Source of the DNA: an uncultured virus (IMG/VR IMGVR_UViG_3300022660_000072)
Taxonomy: Duplodnaviria; Heunggongvirae; Uroviricota; Caudoviricetes
DNA: 64,000 nt
Reading direction: 5' to 3' (one strand)
IMG/VR virus record: IMGVR_UViG_3300022660_000072
Shown here: positions 30,590-41,195 of the stretch, piece after piece
How the letters are laid out: each line of letters starts with the position of its first letter
Position numbering within the stretch: the stretch's first letter is position 1
The notes under the pieces: generated by a model
Seen by the model: the letters and a program-made list of their open reading frames with translations, nothing else
Databases searched by the model: none
Told to the model about the DNA's origin: nothing
Made by a program: the position numbers and the translations under genes

Positions 30590-30979
30590 AACAGCATTTT
30601 ATAGAAGTGTCGGAACTCAAAACCGATAAATGCTTTCTTGATTGGAGAATGACCGACAACTGTCTTGATTGTGCGCACTTTGTTGCTCTTGTTAAATCGA
30701 AAGACGGAAAGTGGAAAGTATTATGTGAGACACGAAAACCGACAATAGCATAACTATGGCAACACTAACAAAGAAAGACCGATGGCTTGGATAGCTAAAG
30801 ATAACGATGGACAGGAGCTGCTATTCGCTTCCTGTCCAAGATTCAACGAAGAAGAAGGAGCATGGATAGCCGATGATGGAAAGGTGGTGGAAGTGAGCAG
30901 GGCGTTTGAGATGCTACAACTAGAGTGGAATGGTAAACCGATAAGAATATGACAAATTAATAATTTATAAACTTATTAG

Positions 30980-31234
30980 ATGCCTATGAAAGAAGAAGTT
31001 TTAAGTTACATCCAGGACTATCTGGAAAGAAATGGATTTAATCCTAAAGAAGTAGAACCGGCAGATTCATTAAAGATGTATTTCGATTCGATAGACGAGA
31101 TTATCTTCTTTGCCGATCTTGAAGAAAGATTCGATGTAAGACCAAGCCTTGAAGAGGAGCTTGAGTGTGAGTATCTGTCGGAAGTATGTGAGTTGATTGT
31201 ATTAAAAATCAAAGAGAATGAAAAGGAAGTTTGA
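30980..31234 (+). CDS. Acyl-carrier-protein-like protein
   Basis: Acidic 84 aa; FDSID.......LEERFDV matches the ACP phosphopantetheine site and helix II pattern. Confidence 0.6.
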   Translation: MPMKEEVLSYIQDYLERNGFNPKEVEPADSLKMYFDSIDEIIFFADLEERFDVRPSLEEELECEYLSEVCELIVLKIKENEKEV

Positions 31235-31360
31235 AGTAAGATGGTACGAATGTAATCTCACAGAGTACATGAAGCGTAAGTTCTTCACGAAGATTGGAGC
31301 TGTTATATATGCTTCTTGCCTTAAAGTTTACGATGATGTTGAACCTAAGATTTATGACAT

Positions 31361-33151
31361 ATGACAACTACTCCAATCATTATGACGAAGGAGTATTGGC
31401 AAAATAGTCAGCTCTCGATTGCCACATATTATGGTGGTCTTAAATTCAACGGAAAAGAGTATAAAATTGTGAATAAGCATGGCATTACTCTAGAAGAACT
31501 ATCTAATCCAATGTCGAAGTATTGGTCCGGAAATGGAGAATATGCCATTCCTCCAGGAGAGCCTGCCGACTTGGTTCAAGAAGACTGGCTCCCGGTGTAT
31601 AGAAGCTTAGGTAGAGAGAAGACATTTAAGTTGATAAAGAAGAATGTTCCTCTTTCTATTGCAAAGAAGCAAATCAAAACCAAAAAGTAATAGAATTATG
31701 AAAAGTAAGTTATTGAAGTTAAAGCAGATGATCTGCAATTCCTGGCCGTTCATTACAATGTATGCGGTTGGAGGTGTTTCTCTTTTTATTGGAGGTTATA
31801 GACACAGCCTTATTGAATCGTTGCTAGCATTAGCATATGTCCTTACTGCACTAGGATGGCACAAAGAGAAGAATAAGTCAATGACTATTGCTTCTATTGT
31901 GGACGGAGTGATGAAGAACAATGATGAACTCATAACTATCAACAAGGAGCTGTCCACAAAGAACCAGGAGCAGAGTAACCTTATAGGTGGTATTATTTCA
32001 GAGAACAAAGACCTAAAGCTAAAGTTGAAGAATGCTAAGATGGAAGCCTCTAGGTTGAGAAACAAGGGAGGAAAGAAAAATGAGTAAGATTCGTAAAAAT
32101 GTAGAGGTGGCAAGAAGTAACGCCAAACTGACAGACAGGTTCCCTTCTCTAAAGCAGCAGGCTCCCACAAAGATTACCATTAAGACTGAAAAGGATTTGC
32201 CTGTGACAAAATCTGGAATGTTGCAGAAATGTGAAGATTGTGCCCACTCCAATCCTACTTGTACATATTGTGAGTTTTATAAAAAGGCAATATTCCCATA
32301 TCAGTATGGCTGTTTCAACTTCATTACAGATGAGGATGAGCAAAAGAGACGTGCAGAATCAGCTGCAAAGCAAGCTGCAGAAATATCGCTTCAATGGCAG
32401 AAGCAGCAGAATGTTGAAGAACAGAAATGTAACTGGTTGTTAACCCTCATGATTGACATGATTGTAGGTTCGCAGATTCTTCTTGAAGACTTTGAAAGAA
32501 GGACGGATGCTATGTTCAAGAACAATCCATTTCCGGATGCCGAAGATGTAGCCAATCACAAGTCAGACAAGGACTGGATATTCAAACACAAGTATGCTTT
32601 CGCAAGTATCAAGAAGATATACGAAGGAATGAAGTCAAAGTTTGAAAAAGGATGCAGTACCATACGCACTACGTTTGAATCCACCATTCAGAAGCATATC
32701 GTAGCCATGTGTACTGATAAGGAAACGAAGCAGCTTGACGAAAAGATGTACACATCCATAGATGTCAATGCAGCTGAGTTTACTCGCCTCATGATGCTTG
32801 TGATGAATAAGGTTGTAGGAAGTGAAGGTAACTTTGAAAAAATAGTGGATTTCGTTGCACAGCTTGACGGACAGGATGTTTTCAGTCCACAGGATATATC
32901 CAAATTCAAGATAAAGTAATATGAGCAGATGTCATTACATATATACCGAGGACGGACTTAAGGTCTTTGTCCCAGGCTGTATGGGATGTGCTGTACATGG
33001 TCCTGGTAAGGCTTACTGCACTTGTGGAAGCAGACAATACAAGTCAGAAGAATCCAGGAGAAACAAGGAGTTGAAGAAGCAGCTCAATGAGACTGAGAAA
33101 GAGCTGGATCAAGCCTACAGGACCATAAGAAAACTAGTAAAGAAGAAATGA
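31361..33151 (+). CDS. Hypothetical genes (31361-31690, about 31698-32087 two-TM plus coiled coil, 32080-32919, 32921-33151)
   Basis: Contiguous ORFs; Cys clusters in the last two. Confidence 0.55.
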
Positions 33152-33636
33152 GAGATATTAAGTTCAGGGGATACGCCAAAATATGTGGATGGCTATATGG
33201 AGACTTGCTGCACGATAACATTGGTGGAGTTTACATATATCCGATTGACTGTTCAAACCTTTATAAAGAAAATGAAGTGTTTCCTAGCACAGTAGGTCAG
33301 TACACCGGAATCAAGGATGTCAATGGAAAAGAAGTTTACGAAGGTGATATTCTCCATGTGACTGAACATGAAAACGAACTGATAAAGACGTTTGGTTGCC
33401 AAGCAGAGTTTGATGCTTTTACTTTGGCAGAATGTGCCGGCAAAAGGAAAAAAGATTATGTGACAAGCATAAGATTTTGTGAAGGAGGTTTTGTTTTCAA
33501 AGATGAGAAAGGATGTGACACAGACTTGTGTGTACTTGCAGGTGATCAAAGAACCTCGTCCCCGGTGTATATTTTCGATGTGATTGGCAATGTTTATGAA
33601 CATCCCGAAAGAGCCAATGCATCCTCTAAATGTTAA
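33148..33636 (+). CDS. YopX family protein
   Basis: MRDIKFRG, W.YGDL, TVGQYTG.KD.NGKEVYEGDI, VIGNVYEHPE. Confidence 0.9.
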   Translation: MRDIKFRGYAKICGWLYGDLLHDNIGGVYIYPIDCSNLYKENEVFPSTVGQYTGIKDVNGKEVYEGDILHVTEHENELIKTFGCQAEFDAFTLAECAGKRKKDYVTSIRFCEGGFVFKDEKGCDTDLCVLAGDQRTSSPVYIFDVIGNVYEHPERANASSKC

Positions 33637-33668
33637 AATACTTGAAGAAACTTTAAAGATTTACAAGA

Positions 33669-34142
33669 ATGGAAGTGAAAGTAAAACTAAACGGTGGCAT
33701 GATGCCAAAGAAGCAGCACGTTGGAGATGCAGCATTTGACCTGTATGTTCCAGAAAATGTAGAAGTGATGTCCGGCAGACAGATTATTAATATGAAGTTT
33801 GCCATAGAGTTGCCTAAAGGTAAGGCTGCTATCATTCAGCCTAGAAGCGGATGTTCTTCGAAAGGCATAGAGGTGTTCAATGACAAAGGGGAATCTCGCT
33901 ACATCGATGCTGATGTCAGGATTGGCTTAGTAGACAGCAACTATAGGGGTAATGTTGGGACAATATTGCGGGTGAGAAATTACGGTCATCTCCTCTATGG
34001 GTGTAAGTGGTATTTCAAGAAAGGCTCAAGGATCTCGCAGATGAGGATTGTTGATGTTCCGGAGATTGAGCTTATAGAAGCAGAATCCCTTTCGGAGACT
34101 GAACGTGATGGAGGCTTCGGAACAACAGGTCAGAGGTCTTAA
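33669..34142 (+). CDS. dut: Trimeric dUTPase
   Basis: AAFDL, PRSG, GLVDSNYRG, RISQ, TER.GGFGTTG. Confidence 0.92.
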   Translation: MEVKVKLNGGMMPKKQHVGDAAFDLYVPENVEVMSGRQIINMKFAIELPKGKAAIIQPRSGCSSKGIEVFNDKGESRYIDADVRIGLVDSNYRGNVGTILRVRNYGHLLYGCKWYFKKGSRISQMRIVDVPEIELIEAESLSETERDGGFGTTGQRS

Positions 34143-34237
34143 TTTTATGTGATTGCAAGTCTTTACAGAGTATGTTGTGTGTCATTTGCGACATTCTGTA
34201 AAAACTTGCAATTTTTATGTAAAATATTGATTATCAA

Positions 34238-34271
34238 TGGCTCGGCATATTATTTTCTTGACTACCTTTAC
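34238..34271 (+). promoter_or_regulatory. Repeated promoter-like element, copy 1 (TGGCTCG-N18-TA[C/A]CTTTA)
   Basis: Same motif and spacing at 41132, 47512, 48729, 51602 and 56668. Confidence 0.7.
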
Positions 34272-34320
34272 AAATGTAATCAATTAGTAATCATTAAGTT
34301 AAATCAAAATAGAGTAAGTT

Positions 34321-36804
34321 ATGAGAACAGAGTATGCAAATAAGATTGTTGCTTTCATTGAAAGCGAGTGTAAGTCGAAGCTTGAGAAGGCTATCAAGAA
34401 GACGCTTGGAGTAAAGGTGAATCTGGAGTTTAATGTAGAACGTCTCTATAATGGAGATAACTATATTAAAGTTGTTGATACTTTGTCTGATGTAGATGAG
34501 AAGATGAGAGCAAACGCAATCTTGAAGCAGTTGTTCGATTCTGCAGAGTTGAGAATGGATGTGTGGCCGAATGATGAGGATGAGGAACTTGGAGTTTGTT
34601 TCAATATAGGAGTTTCGTATAAGCACAATTTCCATGGAGGCAACAATGGTCACGACCTCATGGTCTACAGTTATAACGGAGTTACAGGAGAAGAAAGAAT
34701 AATTGCATAGAGCCATGATGTACATTACATTTACCCACAATGAGAAGCGTTACGCAGTCGAGTGTGAGACTGAAATGGATGCTAGCCTTATCCACATGCA
34801 GGCAGTAGGAGTGTACGACAAGGTCAGAGTTAACTTCTCCGGAAGAGTTGGTAAGGATGTTGTAAAACTGTCAGAAGATGAGTTTTCTCACATGACAGAT
34901 GAGATAATCTATAATGAATAAAAGTAAGTTATGAAGACAAATTTTCAGATGATCATGGACATTCGGGATTATCGCCCGGAGACCAAAGGAATCACCTCAA
35001 TCAGTGAAATCAAGATGTTGATGAATCATTTCGGTCTTGATAAGATGTCGTTGCTAGAGCTGCAGAACTTGAGAGATATGGTAGTTCTGATGTTCAGAGA
35101 ATGGATGCAGGATGACCGTTCAAAAGGTGAGATTGATGAAATGATGAGCAAGACAGATGCAATGCAGAGCATCACCGGTGTTATTGACCATTTCAAGATG
35201 AGAGCAGGAGGAGAAGTTTAATGATAAATGGTCATAAGATGTCACAAGAAGTTCAAAATGGAGCCGTGTTATACAGGCTACAATGGTCCAATGGCAAAGT
35301 TCGTAAGGAGAGATACTTTGCCGACAAAGAGACAGCACGTCAGGTGTATGCTATTGTTGTTGATGCTTTGCCAAGTGATGATTGGTGCAGATTGAGTGAG
35401 ATGGAGGATCAAGGTATCAACGGATATGTTGAGAGTAAGGTTTTAGAGTATTCGGAGGAGTAAGTTATGAGAGATAGGGTTATATCGGAACTTACCGATG
35501 TGATATTGTCTGGAATCTTCCTGGATGATGATATGAGGAAGAATGTTTTAGAGTCAATCATAGATGATGTAAAGGTAAAGATGGAAGGCATAGATGCTTA
35601 TGTCAGCAATGTCCAGGACGCTGTTTCAAAGGTGTTAAGTGAAATGATATGTAAAAAATAGAGTAAGTTATGAGACAAGAACACAAGATAGCCTATTTCA
35701 AAGAAGCCATAGAAAAGGTAAAGTCCCTCGGTTACAAGGTGTATGGCTACAATGATATGGATTGGAATTATGCTTTCATTACTGATGGAAAGAATATAGG
35801 TTATATGCAAGTTGGTTTATCCGGCATTGAGCTAGGAACAGTTCATATAGGAGACAGTGGATGGGGTAGTGGTTTCGGTTCAGACAAGTGTCTTGACCCA
35901 CATGAAATCACAGAAGAAGTTATCAGAAGAAGTTTCTCATTCAATGGAGGTAAAGATTGGGGATGTATCCCTCCAATTAGAAAGTACAAAGATTGGGAGC
36001 ATTTCGTTGAAAAGAGATGTAAGCCTTTCGGAAAAGTTTATCAAGAGTTATAGTTATGAAAAGAAGTCCACACGCAATAGAAGATTGGGCTAGAGAAGTA
36101 GCCTCGATCAAGAAAGAAGAAATGACCACCGATGAGATGAGAATGTTCATTACTTGTCATACTCGTGAAGAGGATATGAATAAGGATCCGGAGCTGATGA
36201 AGCTACTTGAAAGCAATGATAATTATGCTTCGATTCTCTGGAATAGAATAAAAGCATGTCATACTTTTGAGATTTCTCCTGCATTGTGTCTGTATTTGGG
36301 TAATATCATAGAGAACTTCGGAATAAGTACAATGATAGCCAATTATCTTCAGTTTGTTGCTTATAAGAATGGATTAAAGAAGATTGGAATGAATGACTTT
36401 GGAATGAAGGCATTTCCTCACGGATATCCATCTAAAGAAAATTGGCACAAGCTGTGGGATATGCAGAAGGCAGATGACGGAGGTAATATCCTTGATGACG
36501 TTGCCTGTGGAGAATCTATAAGAATTATTGAGTAGTTATGAAAGAAGTGAAGAATGAAAAAGGCTTTCTTGTCATGGAGATTACAAGAGCCGAGATGGTA
36601 AGTAAGTTAGCTCAGTATGGGTGCATTGGAGTATGCGATAGCTGCATGAGTTCCCCGGAAGTTGGTTACTACATAGCAGTCCTAAATCAGTGGTTCTGCA
36701 AGGAGTGTTACGATGAATGGTTGCAGAGGTCTACAAGATACCAGGAGGACATCCCATACGAGGAGAGGAATTTCGAAACCTATAAGAGATTATTCAGTAA
36801 ATAA
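34321..36804 (+). CDS. Cluster of small hypothetical genes (34321-34710, to 34921, 34931-35221, to 35463, 35467-35661, 35670-36053, 36056-36535, 36538-36804)
   Basis: Contiguous ORFs downstream of the repeated promoter, mostly with AGTTATG starts. Confidence 0.6.
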
Positions 36805-36812
36805 AGTAAGTT

Positions 36813-37133
36813 ATGGAATATTTGAATAGAATTCAGATTAGAGGAACAGTGGGAGCTGTAAGGCTCAGTGAAATTCACGGAACTAAGGTGGTTAACCTGT
36901 CGGTTGCTACAGAGTATCTTAAGCAGATGCCAGGAAGCTCTCCTGCATGTGAAGTCACATGGCACAATGTGGTTTGCTGGCAGAGCGAGAGCGAAGACAG
37001 CCTGGAAAGCATAGATAGGGGCACATCCGTGTATGTTGAAGGACGAATGAGATCGACTCAGTACACATCGGCTTCCGGTGAGAAGAAGAATTTTTACGAA
37101 ATAATAGCATCAAGGCTAAAGGTCGTAAAATAG
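36813..37133 (+). CDS. ssb: Single-stranded DNA-binding protein (no acidic tail)
   Basis: LNRI.IRG.VG, SVAT, TWHNVVCW, G..VYVEGR. Confidence 0.88.
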   Translation: MEYLNRIQIRGTVGAVRLSEIHGTKVVNLSVATEYLKQMPGSSPACEVTWHNVVCWQSESEDSLESIDRGTSVYVEGRMRSTQYTSASGEKKNFYEIIASRLKVVK

Positions 37134-37167
37134 AGATAACTGCTTGTTTTGAGCACAATTTGTTGCC

Positions 37168-37203
37168 AAAGTGTTGTAAATTGCAACACTTTGGCTATTT
37201 TTG
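37168..37203 (+). promoter_or_regulatory. Bacteroidetes promoter with palindromic operator
   Basis: aaagtgttgtaaattgcaacacttt followed by TATTTTTG. Confidence 0.65.
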
Positions 37204-37218
37204 TGCAAAAGTTAAGTT

Positions 37219-37860
37219 ATGAAGAAGATATTGGTGATAGCACCCCATGCAGATGACGAGGTGCTTGGAGTAGGAGGTTATCTTTTGCATGAAAGTCAAA
37301 AAGGTAACAGCATCTACATAATCTATGGTGCCATAGGTGGAGAAGACATCCGTCAGAATTCTAACACAAGGGAGTTGGAGGTGATGTCTGTCGTCCAAAA
37401 TCTCAAAGCAACCTACAAAGTTCTGTTCTACGGAAAAGATGCAGAGTTAGACACTGTCCCTAGTCGTTCGATTATAAGTGCGATAGACAAGGAAGTGGAT
37501 GAATATAGACCAGATGAGGTTTTCATTAACTGCACATCACACCACCAAGACCACAAGAAGTTGTACGAATGTGCAATGGCTTCAATGAGACAGAGGGAAG
37601 GTTATGTCCCTAAGATGGTCGCATTGTATGAGTATCCATGTCTTGAGCCAGGAGAAATAATTGACGGAGGTAGGTGGTATCACGATATAGGTGATGTCAT
37701 TGATGCTAAATGTGATTTGATGGAGAAGTACGAGAGTCAGATCAGAAAGGCTCCGTCTCCAATCAATGAAGAAGGCATCCGTTCCCTTGCTGCCATTAGA
37801 GGTAGAGAGTGTGGAGCTGATTACGCAGAATTGTTTTACATACAGAAGATGAAGTCATGA
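37219..37860 (+). CDS. PIG-L/LmbE family deacetylase
   Basis: IAPHADDEVLGVGG, RELE, HQDH, K...M..Y.SQ, YAE.F. Confidence 0.92.
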   Translation: MKKILVIAPHADDEVLGVGGYLLHESQKGNSIYIIYGAIGGEDIRQNSNTRELEVMSVVQNLKATYKVLFYGKDAELDTVPSRSIISAIDKEVDEYRPDEVFINCTSHHQDHKKLYECAMASMRQREGYVPKMVALYEYPCLEPGEIIDGGRWYHDIGDVIDAKCDLMEKYESQIRKAPSPINEEGIRSLAAIRGRECGADYAELFYIQKMKS

Positions 37861-38711
37861 AAAACTGGGTTGTATTTGAAGCTGGAAGCAGGGCAGGTCT
37901 TTCTGCACTGATGTTTTTTAGGCAATATAAGAAGCTTGCTAAATGTGACGATAATCTTTTTATGGTGGATGATGACAAGGTTTTCCATGCTACCAATAAT
38001 GAAAGATATGATTCTGTAAAGACATTGTGTGCTAGTGTTCTGATTCGTGAGTATCTAGGAGAATTTGTCGTCTTCCCTGCTGATGAACTTACAAGGCAGA
38101 GAGGATGTAAATATGGAGCAGGTGAGTGGTTTAATTGTGTCGGCCAGGAAATGTATGACAAGAGATTCGTTACAGCCATGCTTGAAAGTAGAGGAGTCTC
38201 TGTTCCTAAGACATTGATGGCAGATGAAGTTATTGTAAAGCCCAATACGATGTCTGCAGGAAGTAAGGGCATAATGAACCTTGATGACTATTGTGTACAG
38301 CAAAGGATTGACATCGCTCACGAATATGTTGTTGATATGTTTGTCGATCAAGACGGAGAAGTTGTGCAGTTATACCCAAGAGAGGTGAAACTGAGAGCAG
38401 GATACGATAGGTACATAAGGTTTTTGTTCGATGGTCATAAAGTGGCTAGGTTCGCACGTGATGTTGTGAATGCCGATGTGCTTGGAATGTTCAGAGGCCC
38501 ATGTCACATTCAGGTCGTTGAAGACCATAGCGGAAAGTTGTACTACATTGAGGGAAGCAAGAGGATTTCCGGAACATCGCTTGTAAACATACTTAGAGGC
38601 TACAATCCGTTCTGTCTGTTAAATGATGTTGAAATGTCAGTTAATGACTATGACGAAGGCTGGCATACATTCGAAGAATTACTCATAAAAGTAGAGGAGG
38701 TTGTGAAATGA
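37857..38711 (+). CDS. ATP-grasp fold ligase
   Basis: FPADE, DK, IVKP...SAGSKG, VQQ.I...EYVVD, IE...RISGT. Confidence 0.8.
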   Translation: MKNWVVFEAGSRAGLSALMFFRQYKKLAKCDDNLFMVDDDKVFHATNNERYDSVKTLCASVLIREYLGEFVVFPADELTRQRGCKYGAGEWFNCVGQEMYDKRFVTAMLESRGVSVPKTLMADEVIVKPNTMSAGSKGIMNLDDYCVQQRIDIAHEYVVDMFVDQDGEVVQLYPREVKLRAGYDRYIRFLFDGHKVARFARDVVNADVLGMFRGPCHIQVVEDHSGKLYYIEGSKRISGTSLVNILRGYNPFCLLNDVEMSVNDYDEGWHTFEELLIKVEEVVK

Positions 38712-39757
38712 CAAAGTTTGCAAACATACTAAGATACATAGTAGCTATAGTTCTTCCGGTGTCTTTGCTGATGCATCCGTTTGCAGGAATTTTGACCTGT
38801 TTAGGTGTTTTATGGATGAACAACTACTTGGATGATATCCTATTCTATCTGTCAAGCCTGGAAGTCCGTAATGAAAGCTTTACGCTTCCTAGGATAGTGT
38901 CTCCTGTAAATGGAATAGTCACACTTGTTGAGAGAGGGGTTTCTACCATGAATCTCAAGAAGCGTGATGCTATTGACTTCTCACGTGATAGCTTCGAATA
39001 TGATATTGTTGGACAGTTTGAGAGGCGTTGGAAAGCTTACGATCATGTTGCTGTGTACCTCAATAAGTTCAGCAAGCATATAGTGCTTAATCCAAGTAAG
39101 ATTGTACATATTTGGAAGCACTATTCCGATGGTAATCTTGAAATGGTATCCGGAGACAACCTTGTGTCAGATAATGTTGGAGAGTATATGAACAATGATG
39201 CTCTTGTGATTGAGTATCCGAACTTTCTGATGGTGCTGACTATGGATAAGTACATATCTGAGTACGTCACATTGGATGCAGACAAAGGAGTATGCTGTCA
39301 GATTAGGAGAGGTTCGCAGTGTGACTTCTATTTCAAGGAAGGTTCTTTCATATATCCCAAAGTTGGAGACTGTATAGATATTTATGACCCGCTGGTTCAC
39401 ATCAATACTGAAAGAATGTCATTTGATGTAAAGGATGAAGCAAGACGAGCTGTTAATATGTGTGTGGCGTATTCCGGAGGATACAATGGAATGGCTCTGG
39501 AGGCTCTTAAAAAGACATTGAGCACATTCAGATGCCTATGGCTTATGTGTCTTGTCTTAATCTGTCCGTTATTGTCATATCCAACACTATACCACACCCT
39601 CTTTTCGTATGTTGGATTCTTAAGCATTTATCTGTTCCTGTTTGTAAGGTCGTACCGTCATTTGATGTATTCGATGATGAATGTGTTCGGTCTGAAAGAA
39701 TGGATGGTCAACTCATACAAGTTCATCGCTAAAGCTAATAAGTTATGGAAGAAATGA
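38708..39757 (+). CDS. Phosphatidylserine decarboxylase-like membrane protein
   Basis: IVSPVNG (cf. SPADG), VAVYLNKFSKH (cf. IF.S..NVH), IRRGSQCD (cf. I.FGS.VD pyruvoyl site); TM segments at both ends. Confidence 0.65.
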   Translation: MTKFANILRYIVAIVLPVSLLMHPFAGILTCLGVLWMNNYLDDILFYLSSLEVRNESFTLPRIVSPVNGIVTLVERGVSTMNLKKRDAIDFSRDSFEYDIVGQFERRWKAYDHVAVYLNKFSKHIVLNPSKIVHIWKHYSDGNLEMVSGDNLVSDNVGEYMNNDALVIEYPNFLMVLTMDKYISEYVTLDADKGVCCQIRRGSQCDFYFKEGSFIYPKVGDCIDIYDPLVHINTERMSFDVKDEARRAVNMCVAYSGGYNGMALEALKKTLSTFRCLWLMCLVLICPLLSYPTLYHTLFSYVGFLSIYLFLFVRSYRHLMYSMMNVFGLKEWMVNSYKFIAKANKLWKK

Positions 39758-40371
39758 AGATAGTCTATAAGGACATAGACACCCTAAAGCCGGCAGAGTA
39801 CAATCCAAAGAAGTGTACTCCAAAAGAGGAGAAGGGCATAGAGGACAGTATCAAGAAGTTCGGATTCGTTGATCCGATAATCGTCAATATGCAAGAAGGT
39901 AGAGAGAATGTCATTGTCGGTGGTCATCAGAGATTGAGAGTAGCAAAGAAGCTTGGATACACCAAGCTGCCTTGTGTTGAAGTGTATTGCTCATATCCGG
40001 ATGAAGAAATGGAACTCAATGCCAGGTTGTCGAAGAATACAGCAAGCATAGACCATGACCTCCTTGCAAAGTACTTCAAAAAAGATATGCTGTTAGGCAT
40101 AGGCTTCAAAGAGGAGGAGCTTAAGGCATTCATGACTGAGTTTGAGGAGAAGTTCCACAAGGAGAGTAATGCCACTTGTGTGTATCCTCTAGTTCCTAAG
40201 TTCTCTGAGAAGTACGATGCAGTTATAATCGTATCGAAGAATAGTATTGATACAGCTTTCCTTGAGACAGTGCTAGGCATAGAGAAGTGTCAGTCTTACA
40301 AGAATTCAAGAACAGGAAAGGCTATGGTCATAGATGTAGACAAGTTCCGCAAACAATGGGAGGAGAAGTAG
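39745..40371 (+). CDS. ParB/Srx N-terminal domain protein
   Basis: LKPAEYNP, SIKKFGFVDPIIVN, IVGGHQRL. Confidence 0.88.
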   Translation: MEEMKIVYKDIDTLKPAEYNPKKCTPKEEKGIEDSIKKFGFVDPIIVNMQEGRENVIVGGHQRLRVAKKLGYTKLPCVEVYCSYPDEEMELNARLSKNTASIDHDLLAKYFKKDMLLGIGFKEEELKAFMTEFEEKFHKESNATCVYPLVPKFSEKYDAVIIVSKNSIDTAFLETVLGIEKCQSYKNSRTGKAMVIDVDKFRKQWEEK

Positions 40372-40372
40372 T

Positions 40373-41116
40373 ATGTCTGCTGTAGATATAAAGATTGTCA
40401 TTCCGTCAATGGGAAGGGCAGATAGAGTTCTCACAAAGAACGCCATTAGTAACGCAGTGCTGTGTGTACCTGAATCTGAGGAGTCTGCATATCGTGAGCA
40501 TAATCAAGGAATGGAGATATTGACACATCCCGATAGTCTTAAGGGTCTCACTCTCAAGAGGCAGTTCATATATGAGCATTTTAAAAATTCGTTCCAAATC
40601 GACGATGACATCAAACATCTTGGAAGATTGTATGTGGAGAAAGGAGAAGATGCAGTGCTTGATAAGGATGAAGCATACGACATCATTCAGTATATAGGCA
40701 ACTGTGCAAAGATGGCAGGATGCTTCCTGTTTGGAATCAGTAAGGAGTGCAATCCTCTTGCATATGATGAGAATCACCCAATCCACCTTACCGGAATACT
40801 TAATGGAGATATAGGTCTACTTGAAGGTTCTAAGCTGTTCTTCCATGAAATGGCAAAGGTGAGTGAAGACTACTGGATTTCTGCCTACAACGCCTATGTT
40901 CATAGATACTGTTGGATTGACAAGAGATTCAGTGCAGTTGGTCAGAAGACCTTTGGAAACACTGGAGGATGTGCCAACACAAGAACCAACAAGCAGGAGA
41001 TGGAGGATACTCTTTTTCTTCGCAGAATGTTTGGTGATGCCATAAGGCTGAAAGAGGATACGATGCTTGCAAAGAGAAAGTCTGAGTTCCAGAGAACCCT
41101 TGTCATTCCATACTAA
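40373..41116 (+). CDS. GT-A glycosyltransferase, TET-associated/GREB1-like
   Basis: IVIPSMGRA, E..AY, RQFI, QIDDDI, SED, TGG. Confidence 0.75.
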   Translation: MSAVDIKIVIPSMGRADRVLTKNAISNAVLCVPESEESAYREHNQGMEILTHPDSLKGLTLKRQFIYEHFKNSFQIDDDIKHLGRLYVEKGEDAVLDKDEAYDIIQYIGNCAKMAGCFLFGISKECNPLAYDENHPIHLTGILNGDIGLLEGSKLFFHEMAKVSEDYWISAYNAYVHRYCWIDKRFSAVGQKTFGNTGGCANTRTNKQEMEDTLFLRRMFGDAIRLKEDTMLAKRKSEFQRTLVIPY

Positions 41117-41131
41117 TTTTAAAGAGTGTCA

Positions 41132-41164
41132 TGGCTCGTTGAAACAATATATTTCGTAACTTTA
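41132..41164 (+). promoter_or_regulatory. Repeated promoter-like element, copy 2
   Basis: tggctcg-ttgaaacaatatatttcg-taacttta. Confidence 0.7.
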
Positions 41165-41195
41165 TAGAAGCTAATCAATTAAAGTTTAATGAGTT

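Noticed and set aside
39745..40371. ParABS plasmid-prophage partition system
   Set aside because: No ParA; only the ParB N-terminal domain in a modification-type context; integrase present
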